DNA of 63,214 nucleotides, filler included. It is 4 parts of 4 records of this genome, joined end to end, with 100 filler letters (N's around TTAATTAATTAA, not from the genome) between each part and the next. Parts side by side here need not be neighbours in the genome. Positions count along the whole stretch, not along the records: positions 46,029 to 57,632 come from SRR20825019_1438; positions 57,733 to 63,214 come from SRR20825019_1519; 2 more parts are not named here. One strand, given 5' to 3'. Positions 53,924 to 63,214 of this stretch are shown piece by piece; within the stretch, counting starts at the first letter, position 1, and each line of letters opens with the position of its first letter. The position numbers and the translations under genes were made by a program. The notes under the pieces are model-generated. The model was not told where the DNA came from. It worked only from the letters and a program-made list of their open reading frames with translations, and made no database searches.

Positions 53924-56782
53924 ATGTCAGAAAAAAAACGTCTCTTCCTAGTTGATGCTTATGCCCTTATTTTTCGCGGGTATTTTGCATTTATTAAAAA
54001 CCCTCAAATAAACAGTAAAGGTCAAAACACCTCAGCAATTATGGGGTTTATGAATTCACTCATAGATGTAGTAAAGCGGGAACGTCCAGACCATTTAGCA
54101 GTTTGTTTTGATAAAGGTGGTAGCGAAGCCCGAAACGAAATGTTTCCCGAATACAAAGCAAATAGAGACGAAACTCCAGACGCTATCAGGTTTGCCATTC
54201 CTTACATCTACAATATTCTTGAGGCTATGAAAATTCCAATTATGGTAAAAGAAGGTTTTGAAGCAGATGATGTAATTGGAACATTGGCAAAAAAAGCTGA
54301 AAAGGAAGGATACACAACCTTTATGGTAACGCCAGACAAAGATTTTGCACAATTAGTTTCTGAAAATATTTTTATGTACCGCCCCGTTTTTGGCGGTGGT
54401 TATGAAACCTGGGGCATTCCAGAAGTGCAGAAAAAATTTGAAGTAAAAGATCCTTTACAAGTAATTGATTTTCTTGGTATGATGGGCGATAGCAGTGATA
54501 ATATTCCTGGGCTTCCAGGTGTAGGCGAAAAAACTGCAAAGAAATTTTTGGCTGAATTTGGCTCTATGGAAGGACTCCTTGCAAATACAGCTCAGCTAAA
54601 AGGCAAGATGAAGGAAAAAGTTGAGGCAAATGGCCCACTTGGGTTACTTAGCAAAAAACTAGCTACTATTATGCTAGATGTTCCTGTTGAATTTAACGAA
54701 GATGATTTTGAAATGTGTCCGCCAGACACCGAAAAAGTTTTGGCTATTTTTGAAGATTTAGAGTTTAGAAGGCTCAAAGCTAATTTTTTAAATGCCTTTT
54801 CTATTGAAGGAATGGCGTCTGTTGGCACAAGCCATGAAAATCTAGCGCCCGACACTACTTCAGATGTAAAACCAAAGACCCCTAAAATTAACGCTGCGGG
54901 TGAAGGGCAGTTTTCGCTTTTCGGCAATGATGGCGAAGCAACTGAAACGGTTAAAAGCTTTAACTCGCGAGCAACTATTGAAAATACTGAACATTTCTAT
55001 CAAACTGTTCAGCCTGGAATTGGCACTAAATTATTTCTTCAGAATTTAATGAAGCAAAAAAGTGTGTGTTTTGATACCGAAACTACAGGTTTAAATCCTT
55101 TGGAAGCTGAATTGGTTGGTATTGCTTTTTCTTGGGAAAAGGGCAAAGGTTTTTACATTCCGTTTCCTGAAAATCGTGAAGAAACACAACTACTTTTAGA
55201 ACAAATTCGTCCGTTTTTTGAAGCTGAATCCATTCAGAAAATTGGTCAAAATTTAAAATACGACATAAAAGTACTGGCTAAATACAACATTTCAGTAAAA
55301 GGAAAATTGTTTGACACCATGCTTGCGCATTATCTTATAAACCCAGATATGCGTCATAATATGGACGTTTTGAGCGAAACCTATTTAAATTACACTCCCG
55401 TTTCCATTACCGAATTGATAGGAAAAAAAGGCAAAAACCAACTGAGTATGCGCGATGTGCCTGTTGAAAAGCAAACCGAATATGCCGTTGAAGATGCAGA
55501 CGTAACCTATCAATTAAAAGAACATTTTGAAAATGAATTGGGCGAAGCAAACACTCAAAAACTTTTTGATGAAATTGAAGTGCCCTTGCTTCGGGTTCTC
55601 GCAGCCATGGAGCTGGAAGGCATCAATTTGGATGAGGAATTTCTAAAAAACCTTTCTAAAAAACTCGACACAGATATTCTTCAATTAGAAAAGAATATTT
55701 ATGAGGAAGCTGGCGAAACCTTTAATATTGCTTCCCCAAAACAATTGGGTGACATTCTTTTTGGAAAATTAAAACTCATTGAAAAACCGAAAAAAACCAA
55801 AACAGGGCAATATTCCACCGCTGAAGATGTGCTTTCGTATTTAGCAAAAGATCATAAAATAATTCGTGATGTTTTGGAATACCGAGGTCTTGCAAAGCTA
55901 AAAAGCACCTATGTTGATGCACTACCAGAGCAGGTGGAAAAAGCTACAAATCGGGTACATACCGACTATATGCAAACCGTTGCAGCCACGGGGCGTTTAA
56001 GTAGTAACAACCCTAACCTACAAAACATTCCAATTAGAACCGAACGCGGACGCGAAGTGCGTAAAGCTTTTATTCCAAGAAACAAGGATTATGTGTTAAT
56101 GGCCGCCGATTACAGTCAGATAGAACTACGCATAATTGCTGCTTTAAGCGAAGAAGATACGATGATTGAGGCATTTAAAAATGGAGAAGATATTCACGCA
56201 TCCACGGCTTCAAAAGTATTTAATGTTCCTTTAAGTGAAGTAACCCGCGAACAACGAAGCAATGCCAAAACAGTGAATTTTGGAATAATTTACGGTGTTT
56301 CCGCTTTTGGCTTAAGCAACCAAACAGATCTTTCCAGAAGTGAAGCAAAAGATTTGATAGAAACTTACTATAAATCGTACCCAAAACTTCGTAATTATAT
56401 AAGCGAACAAATAGATTTTGCTCGTGAAAATGGCTATGTGCAAACCGTTTTAGGAAGAAGACGCTACTTAAAAGACATTAACGGAAGTAATGCCATTGTG
56501 CGTGGCGCTGCAGAACGAAACGCTGTAAACGCACCAATTCAGGGAAGTGCAGCAGATATTATTAAAATTGCAATGATAAACATTCACAAAAAACTAGAAG
56601 CTGAAAATTACCAAAGTAAAATGTTGCTTCAAGTGCATGATGAACTTGTTTTTGATGCATACAAACCAGAGTTAGAAAAACTAAAAACCATGGTAAAGTA
56701 TGAAATGGAAAATGCATACAAACTTTCCGTTCCCTTAGATGTGGATATGGGTGTAGGTGAAAATTGGTTGGAGGCACATTAA
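53924..56782 (+). CDS. polA: DNA polymerase I
   Basis: 5'-3' exonuclease (EADDVIGT, GDSSDNIPG), 3'-5' exonuclease (FDTETT) and polymerase motifs (TGRLSS, ADYSQIELR, KTVNFGIIYG, LQVHDEL). Confidence 0.98.
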   Translation: MSEKKRLFLVDAYALIFRGYFAFIKNPQINSKGQNTSAIMGFMNSLIDVVKRERPDHLAVCFDKGGSEARNEMFPEYKANRDETPDAIRFAIPYIYNILEAMKIPIMVKEGFEADDVIGTLAKKAEKEGYTTFMVTPDKDFAQLVSENIFMYRPVFGGGYETWGIPEVQKKFEVKDPLQVIDFLGMMGDSSDNIPGLPGVGEKTAKKFLAEFGSMEGLLANTAQLKGKMKEKVEANGPLGLLSKKLATIMLDVPVEFNEDDFEMCPPDTEKVLAIFEDLEFRRLKANFLNAFSIEGMASVGTSHENLAPDTTSDVKPKTPKINAAGEGQFSLFGNDGEATETVKSFNSRATIENTEHFYQTVQPGIGTKLFLQNLMKQKSVCFDTETTGLNPLEAELVGIAFSWEKGKGFYIPFPENREETQLLLEQIRPFFEAESIQKIGQNLKYDIKVLAKYNISVKGKLFDTMLAHYLINPDMRHNMDVLSETYLNYTPVSITELIGKKGKNQLSMRDVPVEKQTEYAVEDADVTYQLKEHFENELGEANTQKLFDEIEVPLLRVLAAMELEGINLDEEFLKNLSKKLDTDILQLEKNIYEEAGETFNIASPKQLGDILFGKLKLIEKPKKTKTGQYSTAEDVLSYLAKDHKIIRDVLEYRGLAKLKSTYVDALPEQVEKATNRVHTDYMQTVAATGRLSSNNPNLQNIPIRTERGREVRKAFIPRNKDYVLMAADYSQIELRIIAALSEEDTMIEAFKNGEDIHASTASKVFNVPLSEVTREQRSNAKTVNFGIIYGVSAFGLSNQTDLSRSEAKDLIETYYKSYPKLRNYISEQIDFARENGYVQTVLGRRRYLKDINGSNAIVRGAAERNAVNAPIQGSAADIIKIAMINIHKKLEAENYQSKMLLQVHDELVFDAYKPELEKLKTMVKYEMENAYKLSVPLDVDMGVGENWLEAH

Positions 56783-56796
56783 TCGTCTTGGGGCGA

Positions 56797-56831
56797 AAAT
56801 CCCAAATAACAAATTCCAAATTACAAAATAG
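56797..56831 (+). repeat. Degenerate heptamer tandem repeat AAATCCC-AAATAAC-AAATTCC-AAATTAC-AAAATAG
   Basis: Read directly, immediately after the polA stop. Confidence 0.6.
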
Positions 56832-56893
56832 CATATTTTATTTTTGATTTCAATTATATATATTGCGTCACGAAAACCCAAATTAAATTTATT

Positions 56894-57632
56894 ATGAAAA
56901 AGACGACTGTCCTTATAGCGTTATTGTTTTCAGTATTTTCCATTTATGCCCAAGACCCAAATATTCTTTGGCAGCGTACTATTGGGGGGAGCCTAGTAGA
57001 ATTCTTTAATGATTTAAAACAGACCCCAGATGGAGGTTATATTTTGGGAGGGGCGTCCCTCTCAGACATTACTGGTGATAAAACTGAAGCTTCCAACGGA
57101 TATATTGACATGTGGATAATTAAAATTGATGTAAATGGTGAAATTGAATGGCAGAATTCCATTGGCGGAATTGGATTCGATGATATACATTCACTTGAAT
57201 TAACTCCTGATGGAGGATATATTTTAGCAGGCGAATCGTCTTCAAATATTTCAGGCGATAAAACTGAAAACTCGAAAGGGCTTGAAGATTTTTGGATAGT
57301 AAAATTGGATTCTTTAGGAAACGTAGAATGGGACAAAACTATTGGCGGCAGTGATTCTGAAAGTTTTCCTCAAATAAGAGTTGTTAACGATGGCTACTAC
57401 ATAAGTGGTGATTCCTGGTCTAATATTTCAGGAGACAAGGCAGAAAATGCAATTGGAGAGGACGATTATTGGCTATTAAAACTAGACACATCTGGCAACA
57501 TTGTTTGGCAAAACACGATTGGAGGTGCTAATTCGGATATTTTTTATTCAATGTCTGCAACTTCCGATGGCGGTTGTATTCTTGGAGGATTTTCAGACTC
57601 AAATATTTCGGGCGATAAAACTGAAAATTCAA
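56894..57632 (+). CDS. Secreted repeat protein (WQxTIGG / SNISGDKTENS repeats; probable T9SS cargo), 3' truncated
   Basis: Signal peptide and about four ~58-aa repeats (WQNSIGG..TPDGGYIL.G.S.SNISGDKTENS.G..DFWIVK). Confidence 0.8.
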
Positions 57633-57732
57633 NNNNNNNNNNNNNNNNNNNNNNNNNNNNNNNNNNNNNNNNNNNNTTAATTAATTAANNNNNNNNNNNN
57701 NNNNNNNNNNNNNNNNNNNNNNNNNNNNNNNN
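57633..57732. other. Artificial contig linker N44-TTAATTAATTAA-N44
   Basis: Same 100-bp cassette. Confidence 0.98.
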
Positions 57733-57788
57733 CTTGAGGGTGCTCAATTCTATCCGGCGAAGATGGTATACCATGTCCGGCGTTTCCA

Positions 57789-58340
57789 CCTTCGGGTTTG
57801 AATGACGGGACAGGAATAGGGGTTTCACCTCAAAAAATAAAAGCAGAACAGTATCGTGAAATTGTTGGTGTGGCATGGTCAGAAGTATTAATAGACACTG
57901 GCATGTCCATGGTAAATATGGCTATAGGTTTAAATGGTAACGACGTAGCTAGTTTAGCTGTAGAACAAGAAAAAAAGATTAAAGTCTTAGAAGATAAATT
58001 TAAGACTTTAGAGCAACGTTTATTGGTATTGGAAAATGGCGGCTCTGTAGAAACTGTAAATGTAGATGAAGAAGCAACTGCCAAGGAAAATGATATAGCT
58101 CAAAAAGAACTGACAAGGTCCCAATTAATGGCATCTTACATGCCACCCGAATTAAGTGACGAGATTATGGAAGAGGCTATGATGTATTTGGAAAATGCAT
58201 TTAAAGAAAAAAGGGTGGACATCGAAAATCACTCTGGATTAAATAAATTGTTTAACGATTCAAAATATAGAGCAGAAATTATGGCCAAAACAAAGGCCAA
58301 TTATAAAATATATTATAATGGGCTTTTAGAAAAAAACTAG
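57789..58340 (+). CDS. C-terminal fragment of a Bacteroidota protein with chaperone/autocleavage-like and coiled-coil region
   Basis: PSGLNDGTGIGVSP...QYREIVGVAWS...VNMAIGLN followed by a coiled coil. There is no convincing start. Confidence 0.5.
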   Translation, partial: PSGLNDGTGIGVSPQKIKAEQYREIVGVAWSEVLIDTGMSMVNMAIGLNGNDVASLAVEQEKKIKVLEDKFKTLEQRLLVLENGGSVETVNVDEEATAKENDIAQKELTRSQLMASYMPPELSDEIMEEAMMYLENAFKEKRVDIENHSGLNKLFNDSKYRAEIMAKTKANYKIYYNGLLEKN

Positions 58341-58814
58341 AGTGAACGGAAGGCGTAACTATAAAGCTGATCAAAGAAAGGGGCATCGAGAAGGCGGCAT
58401 ACCGGCAATTATGGATGCTTTGAGATTGCAGTGATTAATCATCATGGCAGCTAAAGAAGTCACCCCGGATGATAGAGATGGGGTCTTGAGAGTCTTTAAA
58501 TCAATAACAAGAAGTAAGATTGTGTGTAGGAGCTGTGATTTTGGACCCTAAAAATGTATGAGCTTTGGCTTTGGACAATATGTTGAAGGTAACGCGTAGC
58601 AGCCTTCCCTAAAAATAGGGCAGCTTTAAAATTTAATGGCCCATTGTAAAATATATATTGCAAATTAAAGAATGATAGTCATGGTGTTTCGTGCAAAGTT
58701 AGCTATAGAGCGACAGGTCGAATTTGAAAATCTAAAAAAAAGAAGAGAAGGTTGTGGACCAGCCATGGTTGGAAGGTTTGGTTAATGTAACCAACCTTTA
58801 TTTAACAACACTCT

Positions 58815-59183
58815 TTACATTTTTTGAGTTTGAAGAACACATAAATAAGTATTAAATACTTTTCTGTATAAATTGCTAAGACTTTTTTGGGAATTCTTGT
58901 TCCTTTTACTATAAATATAAACATTATAAGCTATGCCAAATACGATATGATTTATGTTTTTTAAGATATGATCATCAACTACCAAAAGTCCTAAATCGAA
59001 AGCCTTATTTATCAAATCTAAATCGTTTGTAATATCTAATTTTAGTTTTATCACCTCTTTTTTTAGTATGAAGTCTTCATTGCTCTCGATATTCAAATCT
59101 TTTTTTATTTCATCAATGGGAATTCCAGAGGCATATTTTTTAAGAAAAAATATTTCTATATGGGTTAACGGTTTAGCTTGCAT
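58815..59183 (-). CDS. Small LuxR-like HTH protein
   Basis: LT..E...LK.YASG....EI...LNI...IKLKL...N...LI.KAF.LGLL pattern. Confidence 0.6.
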   Translation of the reverse strand: MQAKPLTHIEIFFLKKYASGIPIDEIKKDLNIESNEDFILKKEVIKLKLDITNDLDLINKAFDLGLLVVDDHILKNINHIVFGIAYNVYIYSKRNKNSQKSLSNLYRKVFNTYLCVLQTQKM

Positions 59184-59701
59184 TTTTTCTCTGTTATTTG
59201 GTTAAATAATCGACTTCTATGGTGTAGAAATGTATTTGAATATACGATGCCGAGCATGTTTCTTAAATCATATCCAACATATGTGCTTTGCTTTTAAAAA
59301 ATTAATTGAAGTAAACCTCTCTGGTTTGAATAAAGAGAATAAAAACTATAGACATGGCCATTCAACAATCAATAAGTGGTTAAAAAGTTGTAATAATCGA
59401 TAGGGTAATTTTCCTTTTTTATCAAAAAGAGAGTGACCAAGGATGATATATGCAGTCATATTCAAAGGTTTCCTGGTAAAACCAAGTGTTTTGTATTGTA
59501 TCGACAATAAAGAAAATAACTAAAAATTTGTAGGAATTATATATATATATATATTGCTTTTGCTTTATTTATAAAATGGCTATTTAATAGCTATGTGGAT
59601 ATTTTAAAATAATTAAAAAAAATGGAATCGCATGTGGTCGCAACCAAGCAATTTTAATGTGCTGGAAGCCCGTGAAAATCTATGCACTCAACCCCAAACA
59701 A

Positions 59702-61564
59702 ATGAATAAAAAATCTGCCCTTCTTTATATTCTGCTCCTTTTTTGTATGAATATATTTGCTCAAGACCAAAAAAAACTTGACAGTCTTTTGCATGTTTAC
59801 AGTGCTCAGAAAGAGGACTCAAGCAAATCTAAAACATTGAATGAGATTATTAAATTTCGATTTTTTAATAATCCTGATGAAATCACTAGGAAGTATATTG
59901 AGGAAATGATTGAGCTTTCCAAAAAAATCAATCGGTCAAAAGGTGTATCGGCAGGTTATTATTGGTTGGGTGAATATTTTCGGAAAAAAAATATACTGGA
60001 CTCTTCTGCCATATTCATAAAAAAAGCAATAGCGGTAAATGAAAAAATTAAAAACCTTCGAGGCCTTGCTCTTGATTATTATTCGTTAGAAAAAATTTAT
60101 AATCAATCGAAGAAATTTGATTCAGTCATTCATTATGCAAACAAGTTTATTGATTTATATAATAATAGAGATCGCATTCCAACGAAAAAGCATGATGTAT
60201 TCGAAAACTTAGGCGATGTATATCATATCCTAGCAGGTGTTTACCAGGACTGGGGCATGTATGATTTGGCTTTAAAAAATGAATTTAAAGCATTGAAATT
60301 CTACAATGAAAACAATATGGAGACTGATGATTTCTTGAAGAGCCGATTAGGGAATATAGAGTGGGGTTTAGGCAACTATAAGCAGGCACTAATGTATTTC
60401 GAGGAAGCAAAGAATGGCTATATGCTCAAGCATGATACTATTGGTGTGGCAGCTATAATGCAAAACCAAGGTAATGTATTTACTGAGCTTAAAGATTATG
60501 ATAAAGCCATCGCTCTATATAAAAATGCCATGATTTTACGTAAAGATGATAGATTGACCGAAGCTGGACTGTGGTCAAATATTGGAGTATGTTATTTTCT
60601 ATTAGACAAAGATAAGGAAACCATAAACAGTTTTTGGAAGGCTTATAAATTATACAAAGCCCTGAATATAGAAGAACCTACTATTTATGACAATATAGGA
60701 TGTTATTATAGCAAAAAAAATGAATTGGATAGCGCTTTATACTATTTGAATAAAGCTATTAAATTTTCTGAATCAGACCGAGATGTAATCAATTCTTCCA
60801 TCGCCTATAACGATCGCCATGAAGTCTACAAAAAAATGGGCAATTACCAACAGGCATTAGAAGATTTCAAAGCACATACCAAACTAAAGGACAGTATGTT
60901 CAACAAAACGAAATCGCAACAAATAGAAGAGCTTCGGATCATTTATGATACGGAAAAAAAAGAACAGCAAATCGAAATACAAGAACAAGAAATCAACGTT
61001 TTAACCATAAAAGAAAAAGTCTACGACATGCAGCGTTTGCTTTTGGCCTTCGGTTTGCTCATTGCCTTTATTGGTGTTTATGCCCTTTACCAGAGAAACA
61101 AACGAAACAGGCTGGCCAAAGAAAAAGCAGAAATGGATTTAGAACATAAGACCAAAGAACTTACCACGCATGCGTTACATTTGGCCAAAAAGAACGAGGT
61201 TTTAAACGATATAAAGGAAAAAGCCAAGGCAGCTAAAGCCAAGGCCATTGGCAATGGAGGTTATCAAACCCTTATCCAAACCATAAATTTCGATTTACAG
61301 GACGACAATAACTGGGAAAATTTCAGTAAATATTTTAAAGAGGTCCACAAAGGTTTCAACGCAAAGGCACAACAGCAATTTCCAAATATCACCAGCAACG
61401 ACTTACGCTTAATGGCCTTGATAAAAATGAATTTATCTTCAAAAGAAATCGCAAATATCCTTAACATTTCCGCAGATGGCGTTAAAAAAGCAAGACAACG
61501 TCTTCGTAAAAAGATGGACTTGGATCCAACGGATTCTTTAGAGTCCAGTATTATTGCCATTTAA
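59702..61564 (+). CDS. Membrane-spanning TPR sensor with C-terminal LuxR-type HTH (one-component regulator)
   Basis: Signal peptide, TPRs, YDTEKKEQQI, TM helix, TTHALHLAKKNE, and LIKMNLSSKEIANILNISADGVKKARQRLRKK. Confidence 0.9.
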   Translation: MNKKSALLYILLLFCMNIFAQDQKKLDSLLHVYSAQKEDSSKSKTLNEIIKFRFFNNPDEITRKYIEEMIELSKKINRSKGVSAGYYWLGEYFRKKNILDSSAIFIKKAIAVNEKIKNLRGLALDYYSLEKIYNQSKKFDSVIHYANKFIDLYNNRDRIPTKKHDVFENLGDVYHILAGVYQDWGMYDLALKNEFKALKFYNENNMETDDFLKSRLGNIEWGLGNYKQALMYFEEAKNGYMLKHDTIGVAAIMQNQGNVFTELKDYDKAIALYKNAMILRKDDRLTEAGLWSNIGVCYFLLDKDKETINSFWKAYKLYKALNIEEPTIYDNIGCYYSKKNELDSALYYLNKAIKFSESDRDVINSSIAYNDRHEVYKKMGNYQQALEDFKAHTKLKDSMFNKTKSQQIEELRIIYDTEKKEQQIEIQEQEINVLTIKEKVYDMQRLLLAFGLLIAFIGVYALYQRNKRNRLAKEKAEMDLEHKTKELTTHALHLAKKNEVLNDIKEKAKAAKAKAIGNGGYQTLIQTINFDLQDDNNWENFSKYFKEVHKGFNAKAQQQFPNITSNDLRLMALIKMNLSSKEIANILNISADGVKKARQRLRKKMDLDPTDSLESSIIAI

Positions 61565-61667
61565 TCATTTTCTGGGTTTAATTCCTAAATGCTTGCATTG
61601 AAATAAAGGAAGTTTCTATTGGTTGACTTGTACACTTGGGGCGGGTAATTTATTTTAAGTAAGCGTT

Positions 61668-61697
61668 AAAAACATCTGTATTTACAGGTGTTTTTTT
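61668..61697 (+). terminator. Rho-independent terminator after the TPR-LuxR gene
   Basis: AAAAACATCTG-TATTTA-CAGGTGTTTTTTT stem with one G-U pair and a T tract. Confidence 0.65.
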
Positions 61698-61877
61698 ATG
61701 TGTACCCCCTTTGTACCCGAGCTTATTTTTGATTGACCATAGGTGGAATTTATATTTATGGCTGATGTGATTTTTTTAATGTCGTGTAGGAAAGGACTAT
61801 GGACTTTTGTTTGTAATTCATACAAAAAGACAAAAAAAACACAAAGCAAATAACGATTAGTTCAATTCATTGGTAAC

Positions 61878-62621
61878 ATGGAAAAAATCAATGCCATTAT
61901 TGTTGGAAGAAATGTAAAATTGGTCAATTCAATAAACTATGTTCTAAAAGAGTTTGAAAATATTTTGGTTTGTAACGTATTCGCCAATATCGATGCAGTT
62001 TATAAATATGAAGATAAAACTAATGTGGACATTATCTTTTGGGATCTTGAAGAAGAAGGTTCTTTGGAAAAACAATTTAAAAAGATAAATAGAGATGAAG
62101 AGGAAGTGAAATTTATCTGTATATCCTCAAACCCAAAAAATGTTCTAGAGGCATTCAGGTTTGGTGCTGTTGATTTTATACAAAAACCTATTAGTACAGA
62201 TCATTTGTTTAAGGCTATAAAAAAAGCCAATTACATGTTGAATAGTGCTTTAACTATAAGTGAAAAGAGTTTAAGGTATGGTAAATCAGTTAAGTTTATA
62301 ATTGTAACCTCCTTGAAAGATGTGAAGATTATAACCGTAGAATCTATTGTCTATATGAAATCAGAAGGACGATATACGATAATTTACAAACAGGATGGAG
62401 AGGTTATTGTTTCTAGTAAAAACCTTGGGTTTTATGAAGAATTATTGAAACAAAATAATTTTTTTAGAATTCATCACTCCTTTTTGGTTAATGTCGATTC
62501 ATCTTTAAGAATCAGAAAAGGAGATGGGGGTGTATACTTGCATGTCATCAATAATAAAAACCTACCTATATCAAAAAGAAAGGTGGAATCTTTTTATCGT
62601 TTTTTAAAAACACTTTCCTAA
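61878..62621 (+). CDS. LytTR-family response regulator (orphan within this window)
   Basis: REC domain (DIIFWD, EAFRFGAVDFIQKP) plus LytTR domain (SEGRYT, SSKNLG.YE, FFRIHHSFLVN). Confidence 0.92.
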   Translation: MEKINAIIVGRNVKLVNSINYVLKEFENILVCNVFANIDAVYKYEDKTNVDIIFWDLEEEGSLEKQFKKINRDEEEVKFICISSNPKNVLEAFRFGAVDFIQKPISTDHLFKAIKKANYMLNSALTISEKSLRYGKSVKFIIVTSLKDVKIITVESIVYMKSEGRYTIIYKQDGEVIVSSKNLGFYEELLKQNNFFRIHHSFLVNVDSSLRIRKGDGGVYLHVINNKNLPISKRKVESFYRFLKTLS

Positions 62622-62815
62622 ATGGAAGGGACGGATTAAGGGAGTCACTAAAAACGGCAAATATGACCACCAAACATTTTGTTGTAGTAGGTTGTAAGTC
62701 AGTACTTTATAGGTTATTTTGCTATACTCGCTCTTTTCCGTCGAAGGTGGTATACAATGCCCGCTTTTTGCACCTGTAAGGTTAATTTGTATCTCATTTA
62801 TTATACTTTAAAATT

Positions 62816-63214
62816 ATGAACATGAAAAAGAGTTATTATATCATTGTTTTTGCCAGTATCCTGTCGGGCCTTGCTTCCTGCTCCAAGGACAGGGACGACG
62901 CGCCTGAAGAGGTTCTTGTGGAATCCCTGGAATTTGTCGATATTGATCCCGATCAGGGGACACCGACACTGGCCATGGGGGATAGTCTAAAGCTAGAGGT
63001 GGGCATCGTCCCTTCCAATGCCTCCAACAAGAAGGTGTTCTGGAGCAGTTCCTCCCCAGAGGTGGCAGAGGTGGCACAGGACGGGACCGTAAAGGGGATT
63101 GGACCAGGGGGGACGGTTATCAAAGTACGTGCGGACGATGCTTCCCGGGCCGGGGCCGAGATTACCTTGCGCGTGCTCGACACGACCAATGCCATCACCT
63201 CTTTTAAGGTCAAC
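62816..63214 (+). CDS. Lipoprotein with bacterial Ig-like (Big_2) domain, runs off the window (absent from the ORF track)
   Basis: MNMKKSYYIIVFASILSGLASC lipobox, then PSNASNKKVFWSSSSPEVAEVAQDGTVKGIGPG, a typical Big_2 pattern. The frame is open to the window end. Confidence 0.85.
   Translation, partial: MNMKKSYYIIVFASILSGLASCSKDRDDAPEEVLVESLEFVDIDPDQGTPTLAMGDSLKLEVGIVPSNASNKKVFWSSSSPEVAEVAQDGTVKGIGPGGTVIKVRADDASRAGAEITLRVLDTTNAITSFKVN

Noticed and set aside
58360-58425. Short peptide KLIKERGIEKAAYRQLWML as a possible transposase remnant
   Set aside because: Too short, with no terminal repeats or catalytic motifs visible.

Overview
The window is not one genome. It is four unrelated contigs joined by artificial 100-bp linkers (N44-TTAATTAATTAA-N44) at 31450-31549, 45929-46028 and 57633-57732. 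(1) 1-31449 is a compact eukaryotic (protist-like) contig with short GT-AG introns and very GC-rich islands upstream of genes. It encodes a secreted GH3 glycosidase, an intronless NB-ARC-like/TPR STAND protein, a small membrane protein, a DUF4240-like/KxDL (KXD1) fusion, a ~2,780-aa 13-exon NLR-like protein (NUDIX-like + TCAD9/APH-type kinase + Cys-rich + NACHT + LRR + unknown C-terminus), a mitochondrial EngB-type GTPase head-to-head with a mitochondrial ValRS, a mitochondrial-carrier fragment and an ERF4/Golgin-A7-like zinc-ribbon protein. (2) 31550-45928 is a high-GC alphaproteobacterial (Rhodobacteraceae-like) contig with two TRAP-based catabolic modules and a SulP transporter. (3) 46029-57632 is a Flavobacteriaceae-like contig with a complete cyanophycin cluster (cphA, cphB, iaaA) next to polA. 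(4) 57733-63214 is a Bacteroidota contig with LuxR-like, TPR-LuxR and LytTR regulators and an Ig-like lipoprotein. The best novelty candidate is the spliced NUDIX-kinase-NACHT-LRR receptor, which the ORF track splits into many pieces and which lies near a second STAND-TPR gene. All exon models and domain calls were made by eye and need HMM and RNA-seq confirmation.
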